34,366 nucleotides of DNA from a virus. Its lineage: Duplodnaviria; Caudoviricetes. The notes under the pieces were generated by a model that was not told the origin of the DNA, did no database searches, and was given only the letters and a program-made list of their open reading frames with translations. The stretch lies in the IMG/VR virus record IMGVR_UViG_3300044698_000197, positions 1-34,366 of that record. One strand, given 5' to 3'. The translations under genes were made by a program, and so were the position numbers. Position 1 is the first letter of the stretch, and each line of letters begins with the position of its first letter. Positions 1 to 8,728 of this stretch are shown in pieces.

Positions 1-419
1 TGCTGCCCGGAGGAGTTCACCGTTGATGAGTCGCACCCATGCACATCCCCGCCCTGCAAGTTTTTAACAATATGGTTTCCTGATAAAAATATCAAAGAAG
101 GACGGACAATGTCTTTCAAGTCGTGTTCTGTGTCTTCGCAAAAAATGTGGTGTTTAGCCCACTGTTTTAACGCTTCACGACAGGCATTTTCGGCATTTTC
201 TGCGTTATACCACTCCGGGACTTCTTTTTGATCTGTTTTAAACTTCCACTTGTCAAAAAGAAAATTATACCTATCATTATAAGGAGATATTTCAACCCTG
301 ACAAAATTCACATCTCTGTCATCGAGTTTATTTTCTGAAATAATATCTTCGTGAGAATCAGACACTTCAGAAAATAAAACATCGTTTTGCGTTACTATAA
401 AAGATGCTGCTTTACACAT
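1..419 (-). CDS. Hypothetical phage protein, partial (runs off the left edge)
   Basis: Not in the ORF track. Hand translation from ATG at 419 (overlapping the stop of 412..645) gives MCKAASFIVTQNDVLFSEVSDSHEDII...VRVEISP...PEWY..., open to position 1. Confidence 0.8.
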   Translation of the reverse strand, partial: MCKAASFIVTQNDVLFSEVSDSHEDIISENKLDDRDVNFVRVEISPYNDRYNFLFDKWKFKTDQKEVPEWYNAENAENACREALKQWAKHHIFCEDTEHDLKDIVRPSLIFLSGNHIVKNLQGGDVHGCDSSTVNSSGQ

Positions 420-645
420 TTGCACTCCTTTTTTTTCTGTAATAATTTTTCATATATTCTTTTTGGTATAGACGTTTTTTTTCAATCTTTTCATCGACAG
501 ACCGCCCGGTTTGTTTTTTTTCTTTACAGCTACAACAAACCACTTTGATTTCTTTGATTTTGTCGGGCTCGAAAAAATCACCACATATTATACATTTTAT
601 TTTTACAATGTGGTTTATGAAGTTGTAATTTATTGCGGTAGTCAT
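412..645 (-). CDS. Small zinc-finger-like protein with basic C-terminus
   Basis: CIIC...CCSC motif; packed in the operon and overlapping the next start. Confidence 0.65.
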   Translation of the reverse strand: MTTAINYNFINHIVKIKCIICGDFFEPDKIKEIKVVCCSCKEKKQTGRSVDEKIEKKRLYQKEYMKNYYRKKRSANV

Positions 646-652
646 ATAGTTC

Positions 653-832
653 TCATTCAGTTATATACGTAACACCAGCCTTAAAACAATCAAAACAAAT
701 TTGAAAAGACCTTCTTGACTCAGGTGCTGAAAGAGTTATTACATCATGGGTATTTCCACAAACATCACATTTAAATGTAGGGCCGTAAAAACCAACAACC
801 TCGGTTTTTTCTATCTTTTCATTATCATCCAT
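653..832 (-). CDS. Small zinc-ribbon hypothetical protein
   Basis: CDVC...CFDC. Start moved from 883 to ATG 832 (MDDNEK), which has a GAGGA RBS; the track start lies inside a structured element. Confidence 0.7.
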   Translation of the reverse strand: MDDNEKIEKTEVVGFYGPTFKCDVCGNTHDVITLSAPESRRSFQICFDCFKAGVTYITE

Positions 833-861
833 TTTGTCCTCTGGTGGTTGGTAGGTTAAAA

Positions 862-966
862 ATGCGCCACACAGGGAGCACAACCGCCCCCTGGTATCGT
901 TTTGTTTTTACCATTCGATGGTAAGCGCAACGGCTGGAAGAGATACCAACTCCCTGTGTGGCACAC
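862..966 (-). ncRNA. Candidate structured RNA (nested stems, possible pseudoknot), family not recognised
   Basis: Perfect 13-bp inverted repeat 866-878/950-962; inner stem 892-898/942-948; hairpin 908-914/918-924; cross-pairing 881-886/931-936. G-U wobbles favour the minus strand. Confidence 0.6.
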
Positions 967-970
967 ATAA

Positions 971-2041
971 TTAATCTCCAAACAAATCAAAGTCTTCGTC
1001 TTCACCAACCGGAGGCTCGATCACGTTATCAGCTTGAACCGTTTCGTCCTCAACTATAATTTCTTCGACCGGAGGTTCGATCACCGGATCAAGATTAACC
1101 GCAGCGGTTTTTTTCTTCGACCTGGTACGCTTTGGCAGTTCCGGTTCTGGTTCGCGAATTTCGTTTTTGTCAGTTTCCTGTATCACATCCTCCGGGTAAA
1201 ACTCCTCTGCGTGTTCTACTTCATCGCCGCCGACAATTTCCTCATCAACCGAAGTCGTGAGCATTTTTCTTACCTCCTGCTCAACATCACCGAGTTTCAA
1301 CCGGTGTTTTGTGTCCTCAGTTGCGATCTGATAAGCAACTTCACGGAGTGTTGCCGGAGATCCGCGATAAATCAACGTCACAATGTAAATAGTAACAGGT
1401 TTTCCGTCTGTCGGGCTGGTCGTTTTTTTAGGCCTGACGATCATTTCCAGCGGCAACCCGGCAAGAAGCCCGCCTGTCTGGTTTTTAATCAACAGCAGGC
1501 TTGCAGTAATGGCCCGTACACTGTTGTATCCGGTAGTGCGATACTTCCACACGCCTCCGACGACTTCCGCGCCTTGAATAAGCACAGAGAGACAACCAGA
1601 GGCCTTACACTTGCCTTTGCCCTTGCCGTCTTCGCCGGGATAATCAGAGGCACACCGTTCACACGGACACTCGCGCTGCTCAAGAACGTTTTTTGCTCCC
1701 ACCCAGAAAGCCGTCACGCCGTCACCGCTGCACCATCTGGTTGCACCCCGGTAGCAGACATACCGCGAAATGAAGTTCATGTCGATATCGTTGTAGAGCA
1801 GAACAATCGGAATCGAGGTTATTTTCTCGGTTTTGTTATAAACTTTAACCTTGCCCATCAGTTCATCATCGAGGATAAAATTATCCTGATCGTCTTTCTC
1901 GGTTGTCGTGATAAGAAAATGGTCAAGCTTCTGCGGCATTCGGAATTGGTCCCGAATCAATTTACCCTTGTTGCCGATTTTGATTTTCCCGAACTCAAGA
2001 AGAGCCGGAACCAGGTTTTTGATTGACAGTGAGGTTTCCAT
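971..2041 (-). CDS. Gp3-like / recombination directionality factor-like protein (putative single-strand annealing partner)
   Basis: N-terminal LEFGKIKIG...PQKLDHF pattern, Cys cluster, GVWKYRTTG, acidic tail; next to an exonuclease. Start set to ATG 2041 (AGGAG RBS). Confidence 0.7.
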   Translation of the reverse strand: METSLSIKNLVPALLEFGKIKIGNKGKLIRDQFRMPQKLDHFLITTTEKDDQDNFILDDELMGKVKVYNKTEKITSIPIVLLYNDIDMNFISRYVCYRGATRWCSGDGVTAFWVGAKNVLEQRECPCERCASDYPGEDGKGKGKCKASGCLSVLIQGAEVVGGVWKYRTTGYNSVRAITASLLLIKNQTGGLLAGLPLEMIVRPKKTTSPTDGKPVTIYIVTLIYRGSPATLREVAYQIATEDTKHRLKLGDVEQEVRKMLTTSVDEEIVGGDEVEHAEEFYPEDVIQETDKNEIREPEPELPKRTRSKKKTAAVNLDPVIEPPVEEIIVEDETVQADNVIEPPVGEDEDFDLFGD

Positions 2042-2057
2042 AGTTACTCCTGTGGGT

Positions 2058-2864
2058 TTATAGTTTACAGAACTCAGTTCCAAACGCAGTACAATATTTT
2101 TCCCCGCATAAAATTGACATAGGATTACACGGAAACGCAAACGAACTTCCGGTTTTCCTGAATTTACGAACCGCTGCGGCGATTCTCAAAATGACATCAT
2201 ATGCCATACGTTCGCACAACTTGACGTTATATTCAACGGTTGTCGGTCCGGGAAACGTTTTTTTAACCGAAGTTCTCGGCAAAAAATCCAATATTAGCTG
2301 GTTCGTTTCTGATTTAAGCGACGCTTTACGCAGTAATGAATACCCGCCTTGCTGTGCCTGAAATGGTTTAATAGTGTACCCGGTCTTCACATCGCGAATA
2401 TCATTTTCTATTGTCTCGATATCGGTACTGCCGGTAAACAAAACATCGTCGGCAATTTTTGCCTGACGGTATTTTTCCGGGACTGCAACCGGTTTAATGT
2501 TCGGAGCGATCATCACGCAGTATGCGTTTATCATTTGTTTGCATTGCTGCTCGGCATCGTTTTTCGACGGGGTTGTTTGATCCCAAATAGTACCGGAAAT
2601 TATTTCGGACTTTATACTCTCGATTCCGATTTCAACACAGTCGGAAATTTTGGCATGATTCCCGGTTTTAATGTAGGTTTCGATTGTAAATTCAGTGCCC
2701 TTGTGGGTTCCGGTTCCGACTATACCGCCGATAACCGGGCGGCGTTCGCGAAGTCGGTAACCGGCTGCTGTTATCTCGGTTTTAAACTGAGCGGCAGCGG
2801 CTCGACGCATACAGTCGGCTGCGGACGGTAGCATTGACGCTCGGATGGAGATAATATTATCCAT
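2058..2864 (-). CDS. PD-(D/E)xK superfamily (RecB/Cas4-like) exonuclease
   Basis: GTGTHK, TGSTD...RDVKTG, Q...Y motif and C-terminal Cys residues. Confidence 0.8.
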   Translation of the reverse strand: MDNIISIRASMLPSAADCMRRAAAAQFKTEITAAGYRLRERRPVIGGIVGTGTHKGTEFTIETYIKTGNHAKISDCVEIGIESIKSEIISGTIWDQTTPSKNDAEQQCKQMINAYCVMIAPNIKPVAVPEKYRQAKIADDVLFTGSTDIETIENDIRDVKTGYTIKPFQAQQGGYSLLRKASLKSETNQLILDFLPRTSVKKTFPGPTTVEYNVKLCERMAYDVILRIAAAVRKFRKTGSSFAFPCNPMSILCGEKYCTAFGTEFCKL

Positions 2865-3111
2865 TGGTAGTAATTTTCCCGCCGAACTTCAGAGTACGCA
2901 ACCGGTTCCGGTCAGCTTCGGTAAACTCTGCGAACCTCGAGTGTGTCGGATTTTCCTTGAACAGATCAAATGTCAATTCTGACACCAGATTTTTAATGAT
3001 GTCGTTTTGATGTTTGAAATGCATGGCAATGTTGATCAACTGGCCTTTTGATACCATTGTTTCGCTTGACACATTGAGCATGTCAAGAAGTTTTTCAGTG
3101 TTTGTTTTCAT
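2857..3111 (-). CDS. Hypothetical protein
   Basis: GGAG RBS; overlaps the start of the nuclease gene. Confidence 0.75.
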   Translation of the reverse strand: MKTNTEKLLDMLNVSSETMVSKGQLINIAMHFKHQNDIIKNLVSELTFDLFKENPTHSRFAEFTEADRNRLRTLKFGGKITTNG

Positions 3112-3137
3112 GGTTTCTCCAGTTTTGTTCGTTTAAA

Positions 3138-3188
3138 GCGAGGATGTAGCCGGTAAACAGTCGCGACCAGATACCGGCATCACCTCAC
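3138..3188 (-). promoter_or_regulatory. Long imperfect leader hairpin
   Basis: Stacked pairings GUGAG/CUCGC, GAUG/CAUC, CCGGUA/UACCGG in the 5' UTR. Confidence 0.45.
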
Positions 3189-3255
3189 ACCACTTAGGCT
3201 ATATCATCGCCATTGGGTATATCGTTAACAAAAACTTTTTTTTCAGTTCTCAATC

Positions 3256-3284
3256 AATATATAACCAAACCTACAAAAAAACAA
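3256..3284 (-). promoter_or_regulatory. Putative sigma70-like promoter
   Basis: TTGTTT-N17-TATATT upstream of the recombination operon. Confidence 0.5.
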
Positions 3285-3296
3285 TCTTTTTTTTAA

Positions 3297-3677
3297 TTAA
3301 ATTTTAATATTTTCCAGATCATCAATAAAAACGGCGATACCACCGGAATATCGTACAATAGCCGACCAATTTTCCTGCTCTTCAGATCGTTTTCCGTCCT
3401 CGGATTTTATTTCAACCGACAAAAACACCGCCACTTTTTTGCCGACCATTTCCGGCGTTACGACCACAGATTTCCACCCGATGTAGTCCCCGCTTCCTAC
3501 AAGTAAGCCAAATTTTATCATTCGGAAATTAGTAATTAGTACACGGATCGGATTTTTGAAAAATTCTGCTTTACCCTGGTATCCCATCCCGACGTTGTTA
3601 CGGAAAATTCGTATTCCGGGGAGACGGCCTATTTTAAGAAGGCATTTTTTCATTAGAGGTGTTTCTTTGTGGCCCAT
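3297..3677 (-). CDS. VRR-NUC domain nuclease
   Basis: FRNNVG, GSGDYIG and VEIKSEDGKRSEEQ motifs. Confidence 0.85.
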   Translation of the reverse strand: MGHKETPLMKKCLLKIGRLPGIRIFRNNVGMGYQGKAEFFKNPIRVLITNFRMIKFGLLVGSGDYIGWKSVVVTPEMVGKKVAVFLSVEIKSEDGKRSEEQENWSAIVRYSGGIAVFIDDLENIKI

Positions 3678-3769
3678 TATTTTATTTCCTCGAAAAGGTC
3701 AAGATGTTCTATTTTTATCGGTCTGTTGGTTTTGTCGTAAACTCCGCTGTCAAGTTTGTCGAAGACTTT

Positions 3770-4150
3770 TTAAACTGGATTTTCTGGTATGTTTTCTATT
3801 TTGATTCCAGTTTCAAAAAAACCAAGTTGGCCTTTGTATTGGATAAACGGCAGCGATATAGGGTTTCTCAAAGCAAAACCGTGTTTCCCCAAAAACCATT
3901 TACTTTTGCTTGACGTTACACAATCCACAATTTCAACACTTCCGATAATTCCACCGGTAATTAACATTTCCTTACTTAATAAGATGCCGGTTTGGTATTC
4001 AATGAATTCAATGCCTTCTTTGTCAACCTTCTTTCCAGCGTGAATTAAGATTACACCTCTAAAATTTGTGTACCACGTTCTATTTTCAATATCCTTTCCA
4101 GCATGTAATATTGCCCACGCCCACGGCTGCCGTATGCTCAGAGCCTTCAT
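3770..4150 (-). CDS. ASCH domain protein (may extend to 3677 through an in-frame TAA)
   Basis: KALSIRQPWAWAI..GKDIENR.W...RG.ILIHA signature. Confidence 0.92.
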   Translation of the reverse strand: MKALSIRQPWAWAILHAGKDIENRTWYTNFRGVILIHAGKKVDKEGIEFIEYQTGILLSKEMLITGGIIGSVEIVDCVTSSKSKWFLGKHGFALRNPISLPFIQYKGQLGFFETGIKIENIPENPV

Positions 4151-4233
4151 TTTTTCTCCTCCATCTTAACTTCACATTTCGGACACTTTCGCAGTTCTCG
4201 TACCGCTGCTTTATCGAGATTGTTTTTAGCCAT
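4147..4233 (-). CDS. 28-aa micro-ORF (MAKNNLDKAAVRELRKCPKCEVKMEEKK)
   Basis: GAGGAGG RBS; overlaps the helicase stop and has an ATGA overlap with the ASCH start. Confidence 0.55.
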   Translation of the reverse strand: MAKNNLDKAAVRELRKCPKCEVKMEEKK

Positions 4234-5656
4234 ACCGCCTCCTCTGCTTTTTTAAATTCCACATCCGATGCGCCCACGCTTGATCGTATCCCCTGCGTGA
4301 AGCAATTGCCCGTAATTCATCAAATGTATTCGCTTGTCCGACTTCCATACGCTTTATTTTCTTGTAGTCTTCAATCTCGTTTCCGGTAATCAGTTTCAAC
4401 TCACCGGAAACCACTTCTATTTTTTTATCAATTGTAAAATACTCTTTTCCGCACTCCGGGCACTTCGACAGATACGCCGGATACATGGCAAAACATCCAC
4501 TGCACCGGCGCCCGGATGGAACCTTTTCCTCGTCAGTATTTTTCTTGCTGCGAACTTCTCCGTCGAGACTGTATTCAACATCGTCATCAACAAAACCATG
4601 CACCTTGCGCCCGAAGCGGTCGAAACTGTTCCCGACGTGATCTTGTATCACACATCTGGTTTTGCCGATCTGTGGTGCCGCCCGGAGCCCCCTGCCGCCC
4701 ATTTGTTTGTACCTCGAAAGAGACATCGTGCGCCGAAGCATAATAATATCAGATACTACCGGTACGTCTGTTCCTTCGCTGATCAATTCGCATGATGCAA
4801 GCATTTTAATTTTTCCGCTTGCCAGAGCATCTATTCGGTGGGATATCATGGATTCCTGCATTTTTCCATCAACAGTAGAACTCGGGATCCCCGCCTCGTT
4901 GAATTGCTGCGCTACGTGTTCGGCGTGTTTCACGGTTTGGCAAAATGCAATTGCCGGTTCATTCGGGCACAGTTTTAGATAGTGTTCTATTGCACATCCG
5001 GTAATCACCGGTTTATCGATTTTGGATGCAGCTTTCTCCCGGTTGTAATCGCCGCCGACAAGAGGTACGTCGGACATATCGACCGGCGCACCCGGAGCGT
5101 ATAAACATGACGGGGTAAGAAACCCGTTTTGGGTAAGGTATTTATAATCCGGCCCGTAAACGATGGTATCAAACGCCCCTCCATGTTTACGCCCGAGCGG
5201 CTTCCCGTCGTACCGGCAGGCGGTAGCGGTCATTCCAAGAACGTAAGAACCGGAAAAATGATTTATTATTTTCATCCAGGTTGTAGCCGTGGTATGGTGC
5301 GCCTCATCAATGATTATTATATTCGGCTTCTGTATTCTGTCAAGCCTGTTTACAGCGGTGAACACTGAAGCTACCTGTATCCGGTCACCGGTCATGGCAT
5401 GATCAGGGTCAATAATTCCGTGGTCGATTCCGATACGAGTAAAGTGTTTTGATATCTGAGACTTGATATTTGCTTTGTGGGTGAGCACCAAAACCTTGCC
5501 GTTTTTCTGGATGACTTTTTCGGTAACCAGGCCAATCACTCCGGTTTTTCCGCCTCCGGTCGGAAGAACGTATATCGGGGCCCAGAATCCTGAGCGGTAC
5601 GCGCTGTAGATATCGTCAAGGCCTTTTAGCTGGTGTGGCCAGGGGGTTATGTTCAT
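4226..5656 (-). CDS. SF2 DEAH-box helicase (RadD/YejH-like) with C-terminal zinc finger
   Basis: LPTGGGKT, DEAHH, TAT, EGTDVP, QMGGRGLR, CSGC..CPEC. Confidence 0.93.
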   Translation of the reverse strand: MNITPWPHQLKGLDDIYSAYRSGFWAPIYVLPTGGGKTGVIGLVTEKVIQKNGKVLVLTHKANIKSQISKHFTRIGIDHGIIDPDHAMTGDRIQVASVFTAVNRLDRIQKPNIIIIDEAHHTTATTWMKIINHFSGSYVLGMTATACRYDGKPLGRKHGGAFDTIVYGPDYKYLTQNGFLTPSCLYAPGAPVDMSDVPLVGGDYNREKAASKIDKPVITGCAIEHYLKLCPNEPAIAFCQTVKHAEHVAQQFNEAGIPSSTVDGKMQESMISHRIDALASGKIKMLASCELISEGTDVPVVSDIIMLRRTMSLSRYKQMGGRGLRAAPQIGKTRCVIQDHVGNSFDRFGRKVHGFVDDDVEYSLDGEVRSKKNTDEEKVPSGRRCSGCFAMYPAYLSKCPECGKEYFTIDKKIEVVSGELKLITGNEIEDYKKIKRMEVGQANTFDELRAIASRRGYDQAWAHRMWNLKKQRRRYG

Positions 5657-5823
5657 TTTGTTTTCCGAATAGAATTACGTGAAACGATTTCACGCTGACC
5701 GTTTTCAAATTCGATCATGCATGAGTTCATTGTACCGCGGGCAAGCATGGCGCATCTTCGGTTTTTCATAAATTTACGTTTTTCGTTGTTCCCCCATGAG
5801 TAAATGTATTTGTATTCAGTCAT
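5653..5823 (-). CDS. Small hypothetical phage protein
   Basis: MTEYKYIYSWGNNEKR...IEFENG...VSRNSIRK; ATGA overlap with the helicase. Start moved to ATG 5823. Confidence 0.7.
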   Translation of the reverse strand: MTEYKYIYSWGNNEKRKFMKNRRCAMLARGTMNSCMIEFENGQREIVSRNSIRKTK

Positions 5824-6175
5824 TATTATCTCGGTTTGGTTCCCATGATAACGTATTTTCATTATACACCCATCCGCAATCTTGACAAGTCAATAATCCG
5901 AGGCGTTCAAACCGTTTGTCGTGTCGGCATTCATCGTCAGAATACGGTTTTTTTAAGGCCTCATGATCTTGACCTGTTCCGTTACATTTCTCACATGTCC
6001 ATACTCCGCAACCGGGAGCTTCAGGGTCTTCCCAAAAGTTGTTAGGCCAGTTTTTTTTGGGATCAATAACAGTGCTTCCAATTATTGACCCTGTTTTTTT
6101 TATATCGTGTGAATGCGGAGCCATTCCGTAATGTGTCGGGCTTCCTCCGCAGTGTTTACAAATTGACATATTCAC
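5816..6175 (-). CDS. Cys-rich hypothetical protein
   Basis: Several CxxC pairs; overlaps neighbours at both ends. Confidence 0.7.
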   Translation of the reverse strand: MNMSICKHCGGSPTHYGMAPHSHDIKKTGSIIGSTVIDPKKNWPNNFWEDPEAPGCGVWTCEKCNGTGQDHEALKKPYSDDECRHDKRFERLGLLTCQDCGWVYNENTLSWEPNRDNND

Positions 6176-6381
6176 ACCTCCCCATGTTTCAAGTACCGAT
6201 GTTTTTTCTTACTCCACGTTTTTCCAGTTTGACCTTTTGTAAACGTCTTATCAGGCGAATCAAAACAAGTCGGACATACCTCCCCACACAGATTGCACCG
6301 CTGTATATTTGCATCGTTTGCAGTTCGATAAAACGAATTACAGCATAGAGAAGGTTGGTTGACTTGAATCTTTGTGTACAT
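6172..6381 (-). CDS. Small Cys-rich hypothetical protein
   Basis: GAGGAG upstream; CNLC..CPTC; GTGA overlap with the next gene. Confidence 0.55.
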   Translation of the reverse strand: MYTKIQVNQPSLCCNSFYRTANDANIQRCNLCGEVCPTCFDSPDKTFTKGQTGKTWSKKKHRYLKHGEV

Positions 6382-6385
6382 TTAA

Positions 6386-8455
6386 TCACTCTCCTCGCTT
6401 GATAATCCAAACCCGATCTTTCCCGTCTCTTGCAGCTTTCACCCGATCTGGATATTTCTTTGCCAATCTTCCGAGATACGTCCCGCAAGTTGTCGTCCAT
6501 GTCAACAGTTTCCCGGTCTCATTGTGCGTCTTGCTGTTTTCGTGCAGCTTACTTTCAAGCTCATGAGCCGAAAGCTCGTATTCATTTACAATTGACATTT
6601 CATCTTTGGCAAACAACCCCATATCGATCAGGTCAAGCAGTCGTTTTTCGGGAGATAGCTGGTTTATCTCATTTAGAATATATCGATTGTGATAAAACCC
6701 TACTCCATAACGCTGGTCAACCATGTCTTCAGGTATTATCGACGTTGTCAAAAAATGAGCGAATGCCGGTAGTTGACTCAAAATAGTATTCCAAAATTTT
6801 TTTCTGTCTTCTGTTTTTGCAGTTGGCATCGGCATAGGTTTTTTAAACGCCCTCAATATTATCATTTTTGCTTCGAGACTTTCGTCAATTGGTGGTAGTG
6901 TCAACAGGTTTTCAGGTTCGTCATTGACTGAAATTGACACTCGCCAAAAAGGCTTTAATTCAATTCCTTCTCGGTGCATGGCCCTACATTTGATTCCCTC
7001 ATTTGCCGCCATTTCCTTTATTTTGGATCCGAATGCCCGACGACTGCGGATGTCAGTACTTGGCATTTCATCTTCAATCGGCAAATGTTCAGCACTAAAA
7101 AGATCGCCGTTAAACTCTGTCTGCTCTGTCATGTACTTATATGGCCTTGCTGATCGTCCCCCGAGCATTTCGGTAATTATTTTCTGTAGCAATGATTTTC
7201 CGCAACCGGCAGGACCGGCTAAAACAATAACCTGTCCCGGCCTGAAATCTCCGTTTACAAGAGATTCATACGCAATTTTCAACCAACACAAAAAATAATG
7301 AAGTTGCTTACCGGTTTCATCCTCTTCATCATTGAGTAAATTATCAATTATCTGCATTACCAAATCACAGTTACCCGGTTTAGAATATATTATTTTTGGC
7401 CCATGAGTAATCAATAAACGCTGGTCACCGAGCTGATAAAATCCCGCCTTGTATCCGGCAAGACCACCGACATAATCAACGTCGTGGTTTTCTCTTATAT
7501 CGAGTATTTTAAATTCAACCTCAGACATTTTTTCAAGCCTTGGCTTTGTCTTTTTATATCCGAGATCGATCAGGTTCATTTTAAATTTACCTTCATCAAG
7601 AAGAAGCCATTTCCTTTTATTTTTGTAAAGATATTCTTTTCGTCCTGAATCATAATAAAATTCTATTTTGTCATTTTTTTTGACAGTCTCATACAGCGGT
7701 GCGGAGGCAGCGAGTTCGATAAGTTTTTCTTTTGTTCCGCCGGCTGCAACCCACTCTTCAATATCTCCTTTTTCCGGGAGGTCTGGCAGCTCTAAAATGC
7801 GTAGTGTTTTTGTGCAGTTTTTCAAACTTTCCGCAACTTTAATCGAGTGTTCCCTTCCCGGTGCGTCGTTATCGGGTAATATTACCACGTTCGCCCATGT
7901 CAAACACTCAGAATATTCATCCTTCCATTTCCCGGCACCGTTCGGATTGCAGGTTGCCGTTATGCCCCACCGTTTGTATAAAAAATCGCAGTGCTTTTCG
8001 CCTTCTGGTAGGAATATTAATTCTGATTTTGTAATTGCAGCTTGTATTAAATGTAAATTATATATAATCGGCGTTACGCCGTTGAATCCTTTTTTGTCGC
8101 CCACCATTATGCAGAACGTTTTTTTCTCTCCGGGAATATCAATTCTGACGCTATCGTACTGATAAATGCCGTTTGCATCGAAATATGGAAAGCGAGTGTA
8201 TTTTTTTACTGTGCCTGTGTAAATTTTCTTTGATGGTAAATCAGTTTGAAACAAATCAGATAATTTTAGCCCCATGGCAGAGACTACCGAGTCAATGCTG
8301 CATCCAGCGTGACACCTGACAACGATATTACCGTTTGTGCCGATGCTAACCGACAGGCTGGCATTGTCATCGTTATGAGCTGGACAATGGCACTGTGCGC
8401 CTGTGGCTGTCTTACGCCTCGTTTTTAATCGAGAGATAAAATCGTCAATGTGCAT
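6386..8455 (-). CDS. DNA primase-helicase (zinc-binding domain, TOPRIM, P-loop NTPase)
   Basis: CPAH..D..SLSV..CHAGC; EGEK and ILPDND TOPRIM motifs; Walker A GPAGCGKS. Confidence 0.9.
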   Translation of the reverse strand: MHIDDFISRLKTRRKTATGAQCHCPAHNDDNASLSVSIGTNGNIVVRCHAGCSIDSVVSAMGLKLSDLFQTDLPSKKIYTGTVKKYTRFPYFDANGIYQYDSVRIDIPGEKKTFCIMVGDKKGFNGVTPIIYNLHLIQAAITKSELIFLPEGEKHCDFLYKRWGITATCNPNGAGKWKDEYSECLTWANVVILPDNDAPGREHSIKVAESLKNCTKTLRILELPDLPEKGDIEEWVAAGGTKEKLIELAASAPLYETVKKNDKIEFYYDSGRKEYLYKNKRKWLLLDEGKFKMNLIDLGYKKTKPRLEKMSEVEFKILDIRENHDVDYVGGLAGYKAGFYQLGDQRLLITHGPKIIYSKPGNCDLVMQIIDNLLNDEEDETGKQLHYFLCWLKIAYESLVNGDFRPGQVIVLAGPAGCGKSLLQKIITEMLGGRSARPYKYMTEQTEFNGDLFSAEHLPIEDEMPSTDIRSRRAFGSKIKEMAANEGIKCRAMHREGIELKPFWRVSISVNDEPENLLTLPPIDESLEAKMIILRAFKKPMPMPTAKTEDRKKFWNTILSQLPAFAHFLTTSIIPEDMVDQRYGVGFYHNRYILNEINQLSPEKRLLDLIDMGLFAKDEMSIVNEYELSAHELESKLHENSKTHNETGKLLTWTTTCGTYLGRLAKKYPDRVKAARDGKDRVWIIKRGE

Positions 8456-8463
8456 AGTCGTTT

Positions 8464-8667
8464 TTAAACGGTAAAATTGTTGACGAATTTAGCAGCTTTG
8501 TCGTAGACTTCTTTCGGCATTCTTCGGTTATAGATGTAGTTGTAAATTAGCTGCCGGGAAACGTCAATTTCGTCGGCAACTTCCCGCTGTGAGAGGTGTT
8601 TTCTTTTCATTGTAGTAGCAAGTTCGGATATAGTGGATCCGGTTATCATTTTATAAACTATAGGCAT
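8464..8667 (-). CDS. Cro/XRE-like helix-turn-helix regulator
   Basis: LSQREVADEIDVSRQLIYNY. Start moved to ATG 8667 (GGAG RBS). Confidence 0.8.
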   Translation of the reverse strand: MPIVYKMITGSTISELATTMKRKHLSQREVADEIDVSRQLIYNYIYNRRMPKEVYDKAAKFVNNFTV

Positions 8668-8692
8668 GATTATTCTCCAGGTGTGGTTAAAC

Positions 8693-8710
8693 GCGCCGGT
8701 TTCCCGGCGC
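8693..8710 (-). promoter_or_regulatory. GNRA-tetraloop hairpin (boxB-like or RNA stabiliser)
   Basis: GCGCCGG-GAAA-CCGGCGC in the intergenic gap. Confidence 0.5.
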
Positions 8711-8728
8711 TGCTGATACGGCCGCGAG

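Noticed and set aside
1034-2026. 330-aa plus-strand ORF
   Set aside because: Antisense shadow of the Gp3-like gene; F/R-rich with no motifs.
3150-3175. ZTP riboswitch-like GGUCGCGACUG
   Set aside because: The following GCG and the 3' CGCC pseudoknot hairpin are absent.
6189-6500. Alternative 103-aa ORF
   Set aside because: Overlaps the primase; 6172..6381 has better coupling and Cys motifs, though a GTG-start version is not fully excluded.
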